Shown here piece by piece: positions 1-8,555 of a DNA stretch of 64,000 nucleotides. The notes under the pieces were generated by a model, which saw nothing but the letters and a program-made list of their open reading frames with translations, did no database searches and was not told the DNA's origin. The stretch spans positions 3,634 through 67,633 of the forward strand of contig JAKBAA010000002.1 of assembly GCA_021809425.1 (NCBI GenBank), read 5' to 3'. A program made the position numbers and the translations under genes. The first letter of the stretch is position 1, and every line of letters begins with the position of its first letter. The stretch is from Actinomycetes bacterium (lineage in GTDB: Bacteria; Actinomycetota; Acidimicrobiia; Acidimicrobiales; Bog-793).

Positions 1-909
1 CGGCGACACCTCGCCCGGGACGACGCCGCGCAGATAGGACTCGAGCGGGACGAGGTTGAGGGTGCGCTCGTAGCCCTGCCGGTCGAACGCCTGGATGGCG
101 CCGCGCAGGGTGGCGTCGACGTGGTCGTGGCGGCACACCGTGAGCAGCCGCGGCGGCGGGGCGCTGGGCGAGGTGCTCGGCGGCTCCGCGACCGGGTCGA
201 CGAGACCGGTGGCGACCGGGCGCCCCCCGGCGAGCGCCGCGGCCGCAGCGGCGGCACAGCTGGCGCCTTCGAAGGCGCTCCAGGTGCCGCCCGGTTCCAG
301 GTGCAGGTCGACCGCCATCCCGGCCGGCACGACGAAGTGGCTCGGGGCGGGCGCCGGCCCCGGTGCACCGGTCGGCCCGGCGCCCCCTGACGTTCCCGTT
401 CCGGATGGGCCCCCGCCGGTGACGGCCGTGGTCGGGCCCTTCGACGTGGCGGCGGGGACGCTGGTCGGCGGGGAGCTGGCCGGGGGCGCGGCGGGAGGGA
501 CGGTGGACGTGGCGGGCTGGCTCACCACCGAGAAGCTGCTCGGCGAGGTGACGACCGGGTCGTAGCCGACGTTGGTCTGCAGGTTGAGGTTCTCGAGGAG
601 GACGACCTTGAGGACCGGGTTGCTGGCGCGCCCGAGCGCCGAGAGGGTGGTGAGGTGGGTGCCGCCGTAGTAGTGGGCGAGGATGCGCCCGTAGCCGAAG
701 TGGTAGCGAACGGCATAGCCGAACGCGCCCCACTGGCCCATCCCGATGCCCGGCCCGTCACCGCGCCCGGCAAGGACGAGGCGGGCGAGGCCGGGCACGG
801 CCGGCGCGGCGCCGGCCCCGGCCCCGGCCCTCAAGGAGAGCGCGCCGACGCTGGCGAGGAGCGTGGTGGTGGCGACGAGGCCCTTGGTGCAACGCGTGAG
901 ACTCTTGAT
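1..909 (-). CDS. SpoIID/LytB-domain protein, partial (C-terminus lies beyond the left edge)
   Basis: My own minus-strand translation; it is absent from the ORF track because there is no stop inside the window. Motifs: ...GDGPGIGMGQWGAFGYAVRYHFGYGRILAHYYGGT... and ...NLVPLESYLRGVVPGEV..., both SpoIID-family signatures. Hydrophobic N-terminus GLVATTTLLASVGALS. The frame is open up to TAA at 919-921. The start is uncertain: ATC at 909, or TTG at 834. Confidence 0.7.
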   Translation of the reverse strand, partial: MKSLTRCTKGLVATTTLLASVGALSLRAGAGAGAAPAVPGLARLVLAGRGDGPGIGMGQWGAFGYAVRYHFGYGRILAHYYGGTHLTTLSALGRASNPVLKVVLLENLNLQTNVGYDPVVTSPSSFSVVSQPATSTVPPAAPPASSPPTSVPAATSKGPTTAVTGGGPSGTGTSGGAGPTGAPGPAPAPSHFVVPAGMAVDLHLEPGGTWSAFEGASCAAAAAAALAGGRPVATGLVDPVAEPPSTSPSAPPPRLLTVCRHDHVDATLRGAIQAFDRQGYERTLNLVPLESYLRGVVPGEVSP

Positions 910-951
910 GCCCGATAGTTACGGCGCCAACCACTCGGCGCTGTAGCTATT

Positions 952-2052
952 TCACTCTGAGTGGTCAACCGCCTCGGTGATGACGGTTCGGAAGGTAGCG
1001 CGGGCGCGCTCCAGGCTGTAGCCGGCGGCACGCTCCCGGCCGGCCCGGACGAGCGCCGCCCGGGCGTGGGCGTCCCCGAGCAGCTCGGCAACGGTGGCGG
1101 CGACCGTGAGCGGGTCCTTCTCGGCGACGAGGACGCCGGCGTCGCCCACCGTCTCCGGCACGGCTGCGGCTGCGTAGGCGACGACGGGGATGCCGCGGTG
1201 CATGGCCTCGACCACCGGCACGCAGAAGCCCTCGTGGGACGAGCAGCACACGAAGACGTCCGCCGTGGCGTAGTAGGCGGCAAGGGCCGCCGTCGACACC
1301 GAGCCGGGCAGCTCGACGGCCGCCGAGAGGCCGAGCGAGGCGACGAGGCGGCGCAGGGCGTCCCGGTAGGCGTTGCCCATCTCGCGCCCGACGAGGTGGA
1401 GGCGGGCCGTCGGGTCGAAGCAGCGGCGGTAGGCGGCGAAGGCCTTGATGACGTCGTGCTGCGCCTTGTGCGGGGCAAGCTGGCCGACGAACAGCCAGTC
1501 GGCGCCCCCCCGGGACCTGGCCGCCTGGAGCCGCTCGACCACCTCGGCGTCGGGCGCCAGGTCGAGGTTGCCGGCCTCGACCAGCACGGGCACGACGCGG
1601 GCGACGGCGTAGCCGGCCTCGGTCAGCTCGGCGGCGTTGTAGGCCGAGTCGGCGAAGGCGAACGACACCTTGGGGGCCAGCTCGGCGAGCTGGCGGCGCC
1701 CGAGGCGCGTCTCGTCGCCAAGCGGTGGCAGCCAGCGCTCGACGAGCGCCGCCGGGGTGATGTTGTGGTAGTCGAGCAGCTTGCGTCCCGGAAATGCGGC
1801 GAAGGCGTCGGCCGCCGGGCTGCCGATGGAGCTCTGGTAGAGGACCCACCGCCGGTCGCCAGCGGAGGGGCCGGTCGGAAGCTCGGCCAGCGGCCGCACT
1901 CGGCCGTCGCAGCCGGGGCCGATGATGCGGGCGAAGATCTCCGAGGCGAACCCGAGCTGGCGCAGCAGGCGCTGGGCCTCGAACGTGTGGTTGCTGACGG
2001 CGTCGTGCTCCACGATGGCCGGGATGACCTGGTCGATCGCCTCCGGCCTCAC
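952..2052 (-). CDS. GT4-family (GT-B, retaining-type) glycosyltransferase
   Basis: 366-aa ORF with a C-terminal GT-B donor-binding signature, ...VFVCCSSHEGFCVPVVEAMHRGIPVVAYAAAAVPETVGDAGVLV... The GTG start overlaps the upstream stop (GTGA at 2049-2052). Confidence 0.85.
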   Translation of the reverse strand: MRPEAIDQVIPAIVEHDAVSNHTFEAQRLLRQLGFASEIFARIIGPGCDGRVRPLAELPTGPSAGDRRWVLYQSSIGSPAADAFAAFPGRKLLDYHNITPAALVERWLPPLGDETRLGRRQLAELAPKVSFAFADSAYNAAELTEAGYAVARVVPVLVEAGNLDLAPDAEVVERLQAARSRGGADWLFVGQLAPHKAQHDVIKAFAAYRRCFDPTARLHLVGREMGNAYRDALRRLVASLGLSAAVELPGSVSTAALAAYYATADVFVCCSSHEGFCVPVVEAMHRGIPVVAYAAAAVPETVGDAGVLVAEKDPLTVAATVAELLGDAHARAALVRAGRERAAGYSLERARATFRTVITEAVDHSE

Positions 2053-2387
2053 CGCCGGCCCCGCAGCCGCCCGTAACGGGAGAGGGCGGCGCTGCCGGCC
2101 CGGTCGACGAGGCCGGCCGCCCGGCGGGCCGCCGGGCGGAGCCGCTCGGGGACGACGCGCCGGCCGACCTGGCGCAGGAAGGCGGACCGCTCGGCGAGCG
2201 CCGGCACCCGCAGGGCGGCGACGGCGGCCGCCTCGAAGCGGCGGTCGAGCTCGGCGTCGTCAACCGACGTCCACTGCCCGGCCTCCCGCACGCCAGCAGC
2301 CCGGTCCCGGCCGCGCCGGGCCACGTCGCCGCCGAGCCGGCCTCCCGGGCGCGCCCGGTCCGGCGCTGCCTCGCCCACGGCGTCCAC
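2049..2387 (-). CDS. Hypothetical Arg-rich 112-aa protein in the glycan operon
   Basis: GTG start 2 nt after the Wzt stop, and a stop overlapping the next start. G/C-rich third codon positions are consistent with coding. No recognisable motif. Confidence 0.5.
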   Translation of the reverse strand: MDAVGEAAPDRARPGGRLGGDVARRGRDRAAGVREAGQWTSVDDAELDRRFEAAAVAALRVPALAERSAFLRQVGRRVVPERLRPAARRAAGLVDRAGSAALSRYGRLRGRR

Positions 2388-2389
2388 GG

Positions 2390-3631
2390 TCAGGCCCGGC
2401 CGGCGGAGAGGTAGCCCTCGGAGGGCGCCTCGACCTCGACGCGCATCGGCAGCGCCACCACGCCGGTCGCCCGCGTCGGGTTCATCACCTCGAAGGTGGC
2501 CGCCGGCTCGGCGAGGTCGAGCACGGTGCCACTGCCGTCGCGCACGTCGAGGTTGATCTTGAAGGCACCGTCGAGCAGTGGCACGCCGTCGAACACGAAC
2601 GTCACCGAGCCGGCCCCGGGGCCGAGGTCGACCCCCTCGCCGAGCTGGGCCGAGCGGCTGGCGAAGACGATCGAGTCCATCACGTTGAGCACGGCGATCG
2701 AGAACACCGCCCCCGGGGTGGCTTCGTGGACGCGGTAGTCGATCCGCAGCGTGAGCGCCTCGCCGGTCTTCAGGTAGGGGCGCTCGCCCATGCCCGGGTG
2801 CTCGACGGTCGCCCCGGTGATCTCGATGCGACGCCTCGGCGGGGGCACCGGGGCCTCGGTGGCAGGCGCAGCCTCGCCGGTGTCCGGCGCCAGCAGCCCG
2901 GCGTCGATGAGGGTCTCGCGAAAGGTCCGGATCGCCTCGCCCGGGGGCGCCTGGGTGAGCAGCTTCCCGTGGTCGAGCACCAGGATCTGGTCACAGATCT
3001 GGCGCATCATCTCGGGCGAGTGCGAGACGACGACGATCGTCCGGCCCTCCTCCTGGAAGCGGCGCACCCGGTCCATGCACTTCTCCTGGAACCGCTCGTC
3101 ACCGACGGCGAGCACCTCGTCGACGAGCAGGATGTCCGGCTCGACCGACACGGCGACGGCGAAGCCGAGCCGGACGTACATCCCGGAGGAGTAGTACTTG
3201 ACCTGGTTGTCGATGAACGCCTCGAGCTCGGCGAAGGCGACGATCTCGTCGAACTTGCGGTCGATCTCCTTGCGGGAGAAGCCGAGCAGGGAGCCGTTCA
3301 GGTAGACGTTGTCCCGACCCGACAGCTCCGGCTGGAACCCGGCCCCGAGCTCGAGCATGGCGGCGACCTGGCCGCGCACGACCACCTGGCCGGTGGTCGG
3401 CTGGAGGATGCCGGCGATGCACTTGAGCAGGGTCGACTTTCCCGACCCGTTGCGCCCGAGGATGCCCACCGTCTGGCCGGACGGGATGTCGGCGGTGACG
3501 CTGTCGAGCGCCTTGAACTCCTCGTACGGCACGTGGCCGGCGTGCAGGACGCGCTCTTTCAGCGTCGTGTACTTCTCGTGGTACAGCCGGAAGCGCTTGG
3601 AAACGCCCTGGATCTCGATCGCGGCGGTCAA
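2390..3631 (-). CDS. wzt: Polysaccharide ABC exporter ATP-binding protein (Wzt/TagH type) with a C-terminal beta-sandwich glycan-binding-like domain
   Basis: TTG start. Walker A GRNGSGKSTLLK, signature YSSGMYVRLGFA, Walker B ILLVDEVLAVGD. An extra ~150-aa C-terminal domain (IEITGATVEHPG...FKINLDVRDGSG...) resembles the Wzt C-terminal carbohydrate-binding domain. Confidence 0.9.
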   Translation of the reverse strand: MTAAIEIQGVSKRFRLYHEKYTTLKERVLHAGHVPYEEFKALDSVTADIPSGQTVGILGRNGSGKSTLLKCIAGILQPTTGQVVVRGQVAAMLELGAGFQPELSGRDNVYLNGSLLGFSRKEIDRKFDEIVAFAELEAFIDNQVKYYSSGMYVRLGFAVAVSVEPDILLVDEVLAVGDERFQEKCMDRVRRFQEEGRTIVVVSHSPEMMRQICDQILVLDHGKLLTQAPPGEAIRTFRETLIDAGLLAPDTGEAAPATEAPVPPPRRRIEITGATVEHPGMGERPYLKTGEALTLRIDYRVHEATPGAVFSIAVLNVMDSIVFASRSAQLGEGVDLGPGAGSVTFVFDGVPLLDGAFKINLDVRDGSGTVLDLAEPAATFEVMNPTRATGVVALPMRVEVEAPSEGYLSAGRA

Positions 3632-3638
3632 GCGGCCC

Positions 3639-4613
3639 TCACAGCTCCTCGGCGAAGTTCCCCTCGAGGCGGCCGAAGATCGTCATCGCGATGAGGAACA
3701 GCACGATGGACACGACGAGCACTGCCACGAGCAGCTCGAGCAGGAAGGTGATCGGGTAGTTCGAGGTCACCGTCGCCACGACGTTGGGCGCCGGCGTGTA
3801 GGTGCGCAGCCCGTAGAGGACGCGCTGGAAGGTGAGCACGATCGGGACGAGCGGGTCGATCAGGAACAGGTCGCCGATCCAGTGGTGGTCACCGGCGGAG
3901 ACCTGGTTCCACGAGTAGATCATCGGGATGCCCCACTGCCAGGCGAGCAGCAGCACGAGGATCAGGTGCTCGACGTCGCGCAGGTAGACGGTGACCGCCG
4001 ACAGGAACACGGCGAGCGCGGCGGAGAACACGATGAGGTCGAGCAGGGCGAACGCCAGCATCGGCAACAGGTGCCACACGGGCGCCAGCTGGAACCCGGC
4101 CAGGAAGATGACGAGGACGACGGCCTGGAAGAAGAAGAACATGGTCGCCGTGCCCACCTGGGAGAGGGCGAGGATCTCGCGGGGGAACGACACCTTCTTC
4201 ACGATGCCGGCGTTGGCCACGATCACCGACGAGGACCCGGTCAGCGCCGTCTGGAACATGTTCCAGACGATCAGCCCGCTGAACAGGTACAGGGCGAAGT
4301 CGGGGAAGCCGGCCTTCAGGAACCGGGTGAACACGATGTCGTACACGAGGAGCATCACGGCCGGGTTGAGGAGCGACCAGGCGATGCCGAGGACGCTTCC
4401 CTTGTAGCGCACCTTCAGGTCCTTGCGGACGAGGAAGACGAACAGCTCGCGGGCCCGCCACAGCTCGACGAGCCGCACGCGCAGGCTGACGCGCGCCGCC
4501 ACCACACGGGCTGCGGGCTCCCGTCGACCGGGGAGGGCCCGCACCACCGCGGGCTCCTGCTCGGCGGCGAGGTCGCCGGCGGAGGTCGCCTCCGCCTCGC
4601 TCAGCGTGCTCAT
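3639..4613 (-). CDS. wzm: ABC-2 type polysaccharide exporter permease (Wzm/TagG type)
   Basis: N-terminal ...FVFLVRKDLKVRYKGSVLGIAWSLLNP... is the ABC-2 permease signature, followed by multiple hydrophobic helices. Trimmed from track start 4649 to ATG 4613 (MSTLSEAE...), which is preceded by GGAAGGG/AGGACGG. Confidence 0.85.
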   Translation of the reverse strand: MSTLSEAEATSAGDLAAEQEPAVVRALPGRREPAARVVAARVSLRVRLVELWRARELFVFLVRKDLKVRYKGSVLGIAWSLLNPAVMLLVYDIVFTRFLKAGFPDFALYLFSGLIVWNMFQTALTGSSSVIVANAGIVKKVSFPREILALSQVGTATMFFFFQAVVLVIFLAGFQLAPVWHLLPMLAFALLDLIVFSAALAVFLSAVTVYLRDVEHLILVLLLAWQWGIPMIYSWNQVSAGDHHWIGDLFLIDPLVPIVLTFQRVLYGLRTYTPAPNVVATVTSNYPITFLLELLVAVLVVSIVLFLIAMTIFGRLEGNFAEEL

Positions 4614-4822
4614 GCCGTCCTGCACCCTTCCTGCGTCGATCACCCGCACCCGAGGCGGCGGGGTTCCGGCTCCGCCGTGGCCGCGGGGCTACTCGGGCGG
4701 TCGCGCTTGCCGGCCCGCATCCTAGCGGCAGGGTGCCCCGTGTGGTCGTAGCCGCCCCCGTAGCATGGGCCACCGGGGCGTCGCGGTGGGCGACGGCACC
4801 TGCGGCGCCTCGAGGAGGTCTC

Positions 4823-5236
4823 GTGCCGGACAACGCACCACCGTTTCTCCATCGGACGAAGGCGCTCGTAGCGCTGCCCGGCCGGTTCACCGCGTTCGAG
4901 CACCGCCAGGGGGCGATCGGCGACCACCTGATCCAGGCGCTCGAGGAGAGCCAGCGCCAGGTTGCCGAGGTGACCCAGGCGCTCGGTGACGCCCGCGAGG
5001 CGGCTCGTGCCGAGGCCCAGGCCGCCCAGGCCGCCCAGGCGGCGGTGCAGGCGGCGGTGCAGGCGGCGGTGCAGGCCCTCCAGGGGGAGCTCGGCGAGGT
5101 GCGCGCCGAGCTCGCGGCGCTACGGCGGCTCGTCGAGGGCCACCTCGTGGCCGAGGCGGAGTCGGTCGAGCTGGTCGGACGGCTGCTGGAGCGCGCCGAG
5201 GGGCGGCTCGACGCGCTCGAGCAGCAGCAGGCCTAG
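4823..5236 (+). CDS. Stand-alone coiled-coil protein (137 aa), function unknown
   Basis: GTG at 4823 lies 5 nt after GAGGAGG. The sequence is almost entirely heptad-like A/E/Q/L/R: ...EAQAAQAAQAAVQAAVQAAVQALQGELGEVRAELAALRRLVEG... It ends 6 nt before the dual glycosyltransferase gene. Confidence 0.6.
   Translation: MPDNAPPFLHRTKALVALPGRFTAFEHRQGAIGDHLIQALEESQRQVAEVTQALGDAREAARAEAQAAQAAQAAVQAAVQAAVQALQGELGEVRAELAALRRLVEGHLVAEAESVELVGRLLERAEGRLDALEQQQA
5015..5074 (+). repeat. In-frame short tandem repeats, (GCC GCC CAG)x2-3 then (GCG GCG GTG CAG)x3
   Basis: Read directly: gcccaggccgcccaggccgcccaggcggcggtgcaggcggcggtgcaggcggcggtgcag. It encodes (QAA)n(VQAA)3 inside the coiled-coil ORF. Confidence 0.9.
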
Positions 5237-5242
5237 AAGGGC

Positions 5243-7654
5243 GTGGCGGCCGTCGACGTGCAGGCCGAGGGGACCGTCGTCGTCGACGTCGCCGCCCTGC
5301 AGAGCCCGACCAGCCGGGGCCGAGGGATCGGACGGCACACGCTCGAGTGGGCGCTCGCCGTCGAGGCGGCGGCGGCGGAGCTGGTGGGCGCCTACCTGCT
5401 CGATCCGGACCTCCCGCCGCCGGGCGACATCGAGGCGCTGCTCGCCACCGGCAAGGTGGCCTACCGGGACGGCGAGCTCGGCCGGCACGTCCGCGTGGTG
5501 CACACCTGCTCACCGTTCGACCTGGCCGTCGGCCTGTCGACCGTGTGGCCACGCGACGGTGGGCTGCGACGGCGGCGGAGCGCCACCGTGTACGACCTGA
5601 TCCCGGCGAAGGACCCGGCAACCTACCTGGCCGATGCGTCGGACCGGCAGCGCTACCAGGTCCGCCTCGAGCTGGTGCGGGCGGCCGACCAGGTGCACGC
5701 CATCTCCTCGGGCGTCGCCGGGGACCTGCACCGCCTGGTCGGGCTGGCTGCCGGTCGGGTCGTCACCGCCGGCACCGCTCCGTCCGGTCGGTTCCGGCCG
5801 GCACGGGCGGGGGGCGGCGAGACGGGCATCGATCGGGCACGGCGGTCGGCGGTCGGGGTGCGACGGCGGTACGTGCTCTACCCGACGGGGAGCCACCCGA
5901 GGAAGAACAACGAGGGGCTGCTGCGGGCGTTCGGCCTGCTGCCGGCCCGGCTGCGCCAGGAGGTCCAGCTGGTGCTCACCGGCGAGCTGCCGGCCTCGAC
6001 CGCCCACCACCTGCGCCACATGGCGAACGACCGGGCCTTTGCCGAGTCGCTCGTCGTCACCGGTGCCGTCGACGACGACACGCTCGTCGCCCTGTACCGC
6101 GGTGCCGACCTCGTGGTCTTCCCGTCGCTCGCCGAGGGGTTCGGCCTGCCGATCGCCGAGGCGCTGGCCTGTGGCACCCCGGCGATCGGGTCGGACATGT
6201 CGCCGATCGACGAGCTGCTGCCCCCGGTCGCCCGGTTCGACCCGTCTGACGACCGGTCCGTCGCCTCGTCGCTGGCCACCGGGCTGGCGAGCGAGGACGG
6301 GCGGGCCCTGCTGCTGGCGGCGACGGCGGCCCCGCCCACCTGGGCCGAGGTAGGCCGGCGCAGCGCCGAGGCGCTCGCCACGCTCGCCGCCTCGCCGGTG
6401 CGCCCGCAGCGCCGCCGGGCGCGCCGGGTGGCCGTCGTCACCCCGCTGCCACCGGCCGAGACGGGCGTGGCCGCCTACAGCGCCCGGCTGGTCGGCGCCC
6501 TCGCCGAGCAGGACAAGCTCCAGATCGACTGCTTCTCCGACGGTCCCACCCCGGCGTCGGCCGCTCCGGAAGGGGCCGCCGGGCTGTTCGCCGTGTCCAG
6601 CCTGGAGGCGGTCGAGGCGGTACGCGGCGGGTACGACGCCGTGCTGTACGCCATGGGCAACAGCCACTACCACCTCGGCGCCCTCGACGGGCTACGGCGG
6701 CGGGCGGGCATCGTGCTCGCCCACGACGTCCGCCTGACCAACCTGTACCGCCACGACGTCGCACGACCGGACGGGCCGCCCGGGGGCCTGCCGGGGGCGC
6801 TGCGGCGCCTGTACGGCGACGGCCTGCCCGCCGGGCTGGGTGCCGGCGACGACGTGCGGCCGGCCGAGCTGGAGCGCTTCGGCCTGCTGATGGCCCGGGA
6901 GGTGATCGGGGCGAGCCGGCGCTTCCTCGTCAGCTCGGAAGCAGCGGCGGCGCTCGCCCGCGCCGAGGCCCGGGCCGCCGACACGGGCAAGGTCGGCTGG
7001 CTTCCGTTCGCCTTCGCCCCGCGGGAGCCGCGAGCCGCGGCGGCAGGGCGCAACGCCCCGGACGGGTCGGACGGCGCGGTCATCGCCCACTTCGGCATCG
7101 TCGACCCGGCAAAGGAGCCGTTCACGCTGCTCGAGGCGTTCGCGTTGCTCCAGCCCAGCTGGCCGTCGGCTCGGCTGCGCTTCGTCGGGCCGATCGCCGC
7201 CGAGCTGGCCGGCGAGCTACGCCGGCGAGCCGCCGGGCTCGGGCTCGCCGGAGCGCTCGAGGTGACCGGCGCCGTCGACCGCGCGCGGTACGAGGCGGCG
7301 CTCGCCACGACCACCGTGGCGGTGCAGCTGCGGGCGGCGAGCAACGGCGAGGCGTCGGCGGCCGTCGGCGAGTGCCTGGCCGCCGGCGTGCCCACCGTGG
7401 TGACGGCCATCGGCTGGAGCCGGGAGCTGCCGGCGGCGGTGGCCGTCCAGGTCCGCCGCGCCGTGCCTGCAGGCGAGCTGGCGGTGGTGCTCGACGGCCT
7501 GCTCGCCGACGACCAACGCCGCGCCGGGCTCGCCCGGGCGGGGCGCGACGAGGCAGCACGTCGGACGTTCCAGGCCACGGCGGCAGCGCTCCTCGAGCAC
7601 CTTGCCCTCGACGGAGTCGCCCGGCGGGGCATCGGGGCGTCGGCCGCCGGCTGA
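5243..7654 (+). CDS. Dual-domain glycosyltransferase (two GT4-like modules, WbdA-like architecture)
   Basis: 803-aa ORF; GTG start preceded by AGAAGGG. Module 1 has ...VVFPSLAEGFGLPIAEALACGTPAIGSDMSPIDELL... Module 2 has ...QLRAASNGEASAAVGECLAAGVPTVVTAIGWSRELP... Confidence 0.85.
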   Translation: MAAVDVQAEGTVVVDVAALQSPTSRGRGIGRHTLEWALAVEAAAAELVGAYLLDPDLPPPGDIEALLATGKVAYRDGELGRHVRVVHTCSPFDLAVGLSTVWPRDGGLRRRRSATVYDLIPAKDPATYLADASDRQRYQVRLELVRAADQVHAISSGVAGDLHRLVGLAAGRVVTAGTAPSGRFRPARAGGGETGIDRARRSAVGVRRRYVLYPTGSHPRKNNEGLLRAFGLLPARLRQEVQLVLTGELPASTAHHLRHMANDRAFAESLVVTGAVDDDTLVALYRGADLVVFPSLAEGFGLPIAEALACGTPAIGSDMSPIDELLPPVARFDPSDDRSVASSLATGLASEDGRALLLAATAAPPTWAEVGRRSAEALATLAASPVRPQRRRARRVAVVTPLPPAETGVAAYSARLVGALAEQDKLQIDCFSDGPTPASAAPEGAAGLFAVSSLEAVEAVRGGYDAVLYAMGNSHYHLGALDGLRRRAGIVLAHDVRLTNLYRHDVARPDGPPGGLPGALRRLYGDGLPAGLGAGDDVRPAELERFGLLMAREVIGASRRFLVSSEAAAALARAEARAADTGKVGWLPFAFAPREPRAAAAGRNAPDGSDGAVIAHFGIVDPAKEPFTLLEAFALLQPSWPSARLRFVGPIAAELAGELRRRAAGLGLAGALEVTGAVDRARYEAALATTTVAVQLRAASNGEASAAVGECLAAGVPTVVTAIGWSRELPAAVAVQVRRAVPAGELAVVLDGLLADDQRRAGLARAGRDEAARRTFQATAAALLEHLALDGVARRGIGASAAG

Positions 7655-7657
7655 GCA

Positions 7658-7673
7658 CCGCCCGGTCCCGGGC

Positions 7674-7675
<2 letters not shown>
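7658..7675 (+). terminator. GC-rich hairpin directly after the dual-GT stop codon
   Basis: ccgcccgg-tc-ccgggcgg is a perfect inverted repeat (effective 7-bp stem, 4-nt loop) 4 nt after TGA 7652-7654. There is no U-tract, so function is uncertain. Confidence 0.35.
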
Positions 7676-7727
<52 letters not shown>

Positions 7728-7730
7728 TTG

Positions 7731-8555
7731 CTACCGAAGGAGGGCGCGCAGGCGCCGGAGCACCTTTCGGGCGACCAGCGTCGCGAGGTCCGGCCGGAGC
7801 ACGCGGCGGAAGGTCCGGGTGGGCGCCCGCAGGGCCTGGAAGGCGAGGGAGAGCTCCGGCTCGGGCCGCGCGGGAAGGTCGGTCCGGCCGGTCGGCCCGG
7901 CGGTGGTCGTCACCGGTGGCTGGTGACGTGCCAGCACCTCCTCGCCGGAGCGTCGCAGGCGTCGCCCGGCGACGGCACGCGCCCGGACGACGTCCATCAC
8001 CACCGAGCGCAGGTCGGCCGTGTCGGGCTTGGGCCAGCCCGGCAGCGCCGCCGTGCGCCCGTCGGGCGGGGGCGGCGAGACGGTCACCCGGCTCGGGTCG
8101 AGCCATGGGATGGCGAGCAGCTCGGTCCGGTCGGCCTCGGTCTCGACGACGACGCTCGCCTTCGACCACAGCTCCCTCGTCGGGCGGCCACCGACGCCGC
8201 CGGGGATGGCGATGGGCGAGTCGAGGAGGACCGTGACGTCGCCGAGGCGGCGCACGACGACGCCGAGCCCGGCGAAGAACGCGGCACGGACCGCCCGGGA
8301 CTCCTCGCCGTGGAACGGCCAGCCGGGCTGGAAGCGCAGGACGAGGGCGTCGAAGCGCGGCGCCCGGGTCGCCAGGCGGGCCAGCAGGGCGAGACCGGTG
8401 CGCGGCTCGTGGACGTGGGCGGCGGCCAGCTCGCTCTGCGACCAGATCTCGACGTGGTCGCCCATCGCCAGGTGGTCGGCGACGAGCTGGCGCAGCGCCT
8501 CGGCGCGGGGGCCGCCGAAGGGCGGAACGGTGCCGAGCACCAGGATGCGGGTCAT
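7731..8555 (-). CDS. Hypothetical protein (274 aa) with a GT-B-half-like N-terminus and a C-terminal basic amphipathic helix
   Basis: ATG 8555 (MTRILVLGTVPPFGG...) overlaps the upstream stop (ATGA). I discarded the track's 5' extension to 9038. The C-terminus ...FRRVLRPDLATLVARKVLRRLRALLR is amphipathic and basic. Confidence 0.6.
   Translation of the reverse strand: MTRILVLGTVPPFGGPRAEALRQLVADHLAMGDHVEIWSQSELAAAHVHEPRTGLALLARLATRAPRFDALVLRFQPGWPFHGEESRAVRAAFFAGLGVVVRRLGDVTVLLDSPIAIPGGVGGRPTRELWSKASVVVETEADRTELLAIPWLDPSRVTVSPPPPDGRTAALPGWPKPDTADLRSVVMDVVRARAVAGRRLRRSGEEVLARHQPPVTTTAGPTGRTDLPARPEPELSLAFQALRAPTRTFRRVLRPDLATLVARKVLRRLRALLR

Noticed and set aside
1922-3694. 590-aa plus-strand ORF, and similar long Arg/Pro/Gly-rich ORFs at 965..2263, 3309..4751, 5510..6673, 6667..9024 and 12723..13814
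   Set aside because: They run antisense to, or out of frame with, genes that have clear family motifs (Wzt, GTs, esterase). Their sequence is low-complexity R/P/G/A, as expected from stop-poor alternative frames in very GC-rich DNA. They have no RBS or motif support.
4733-4822. N-terminal 30-codon extension of the coiled-coil ORF (track start 4733)
   Set aside because: The strong GAGGAGG lies 5 nt before GTG 4823, and the extension is Arg/Ala/Trp-rich junk within the divergent promoter region. I kept the shorter form.
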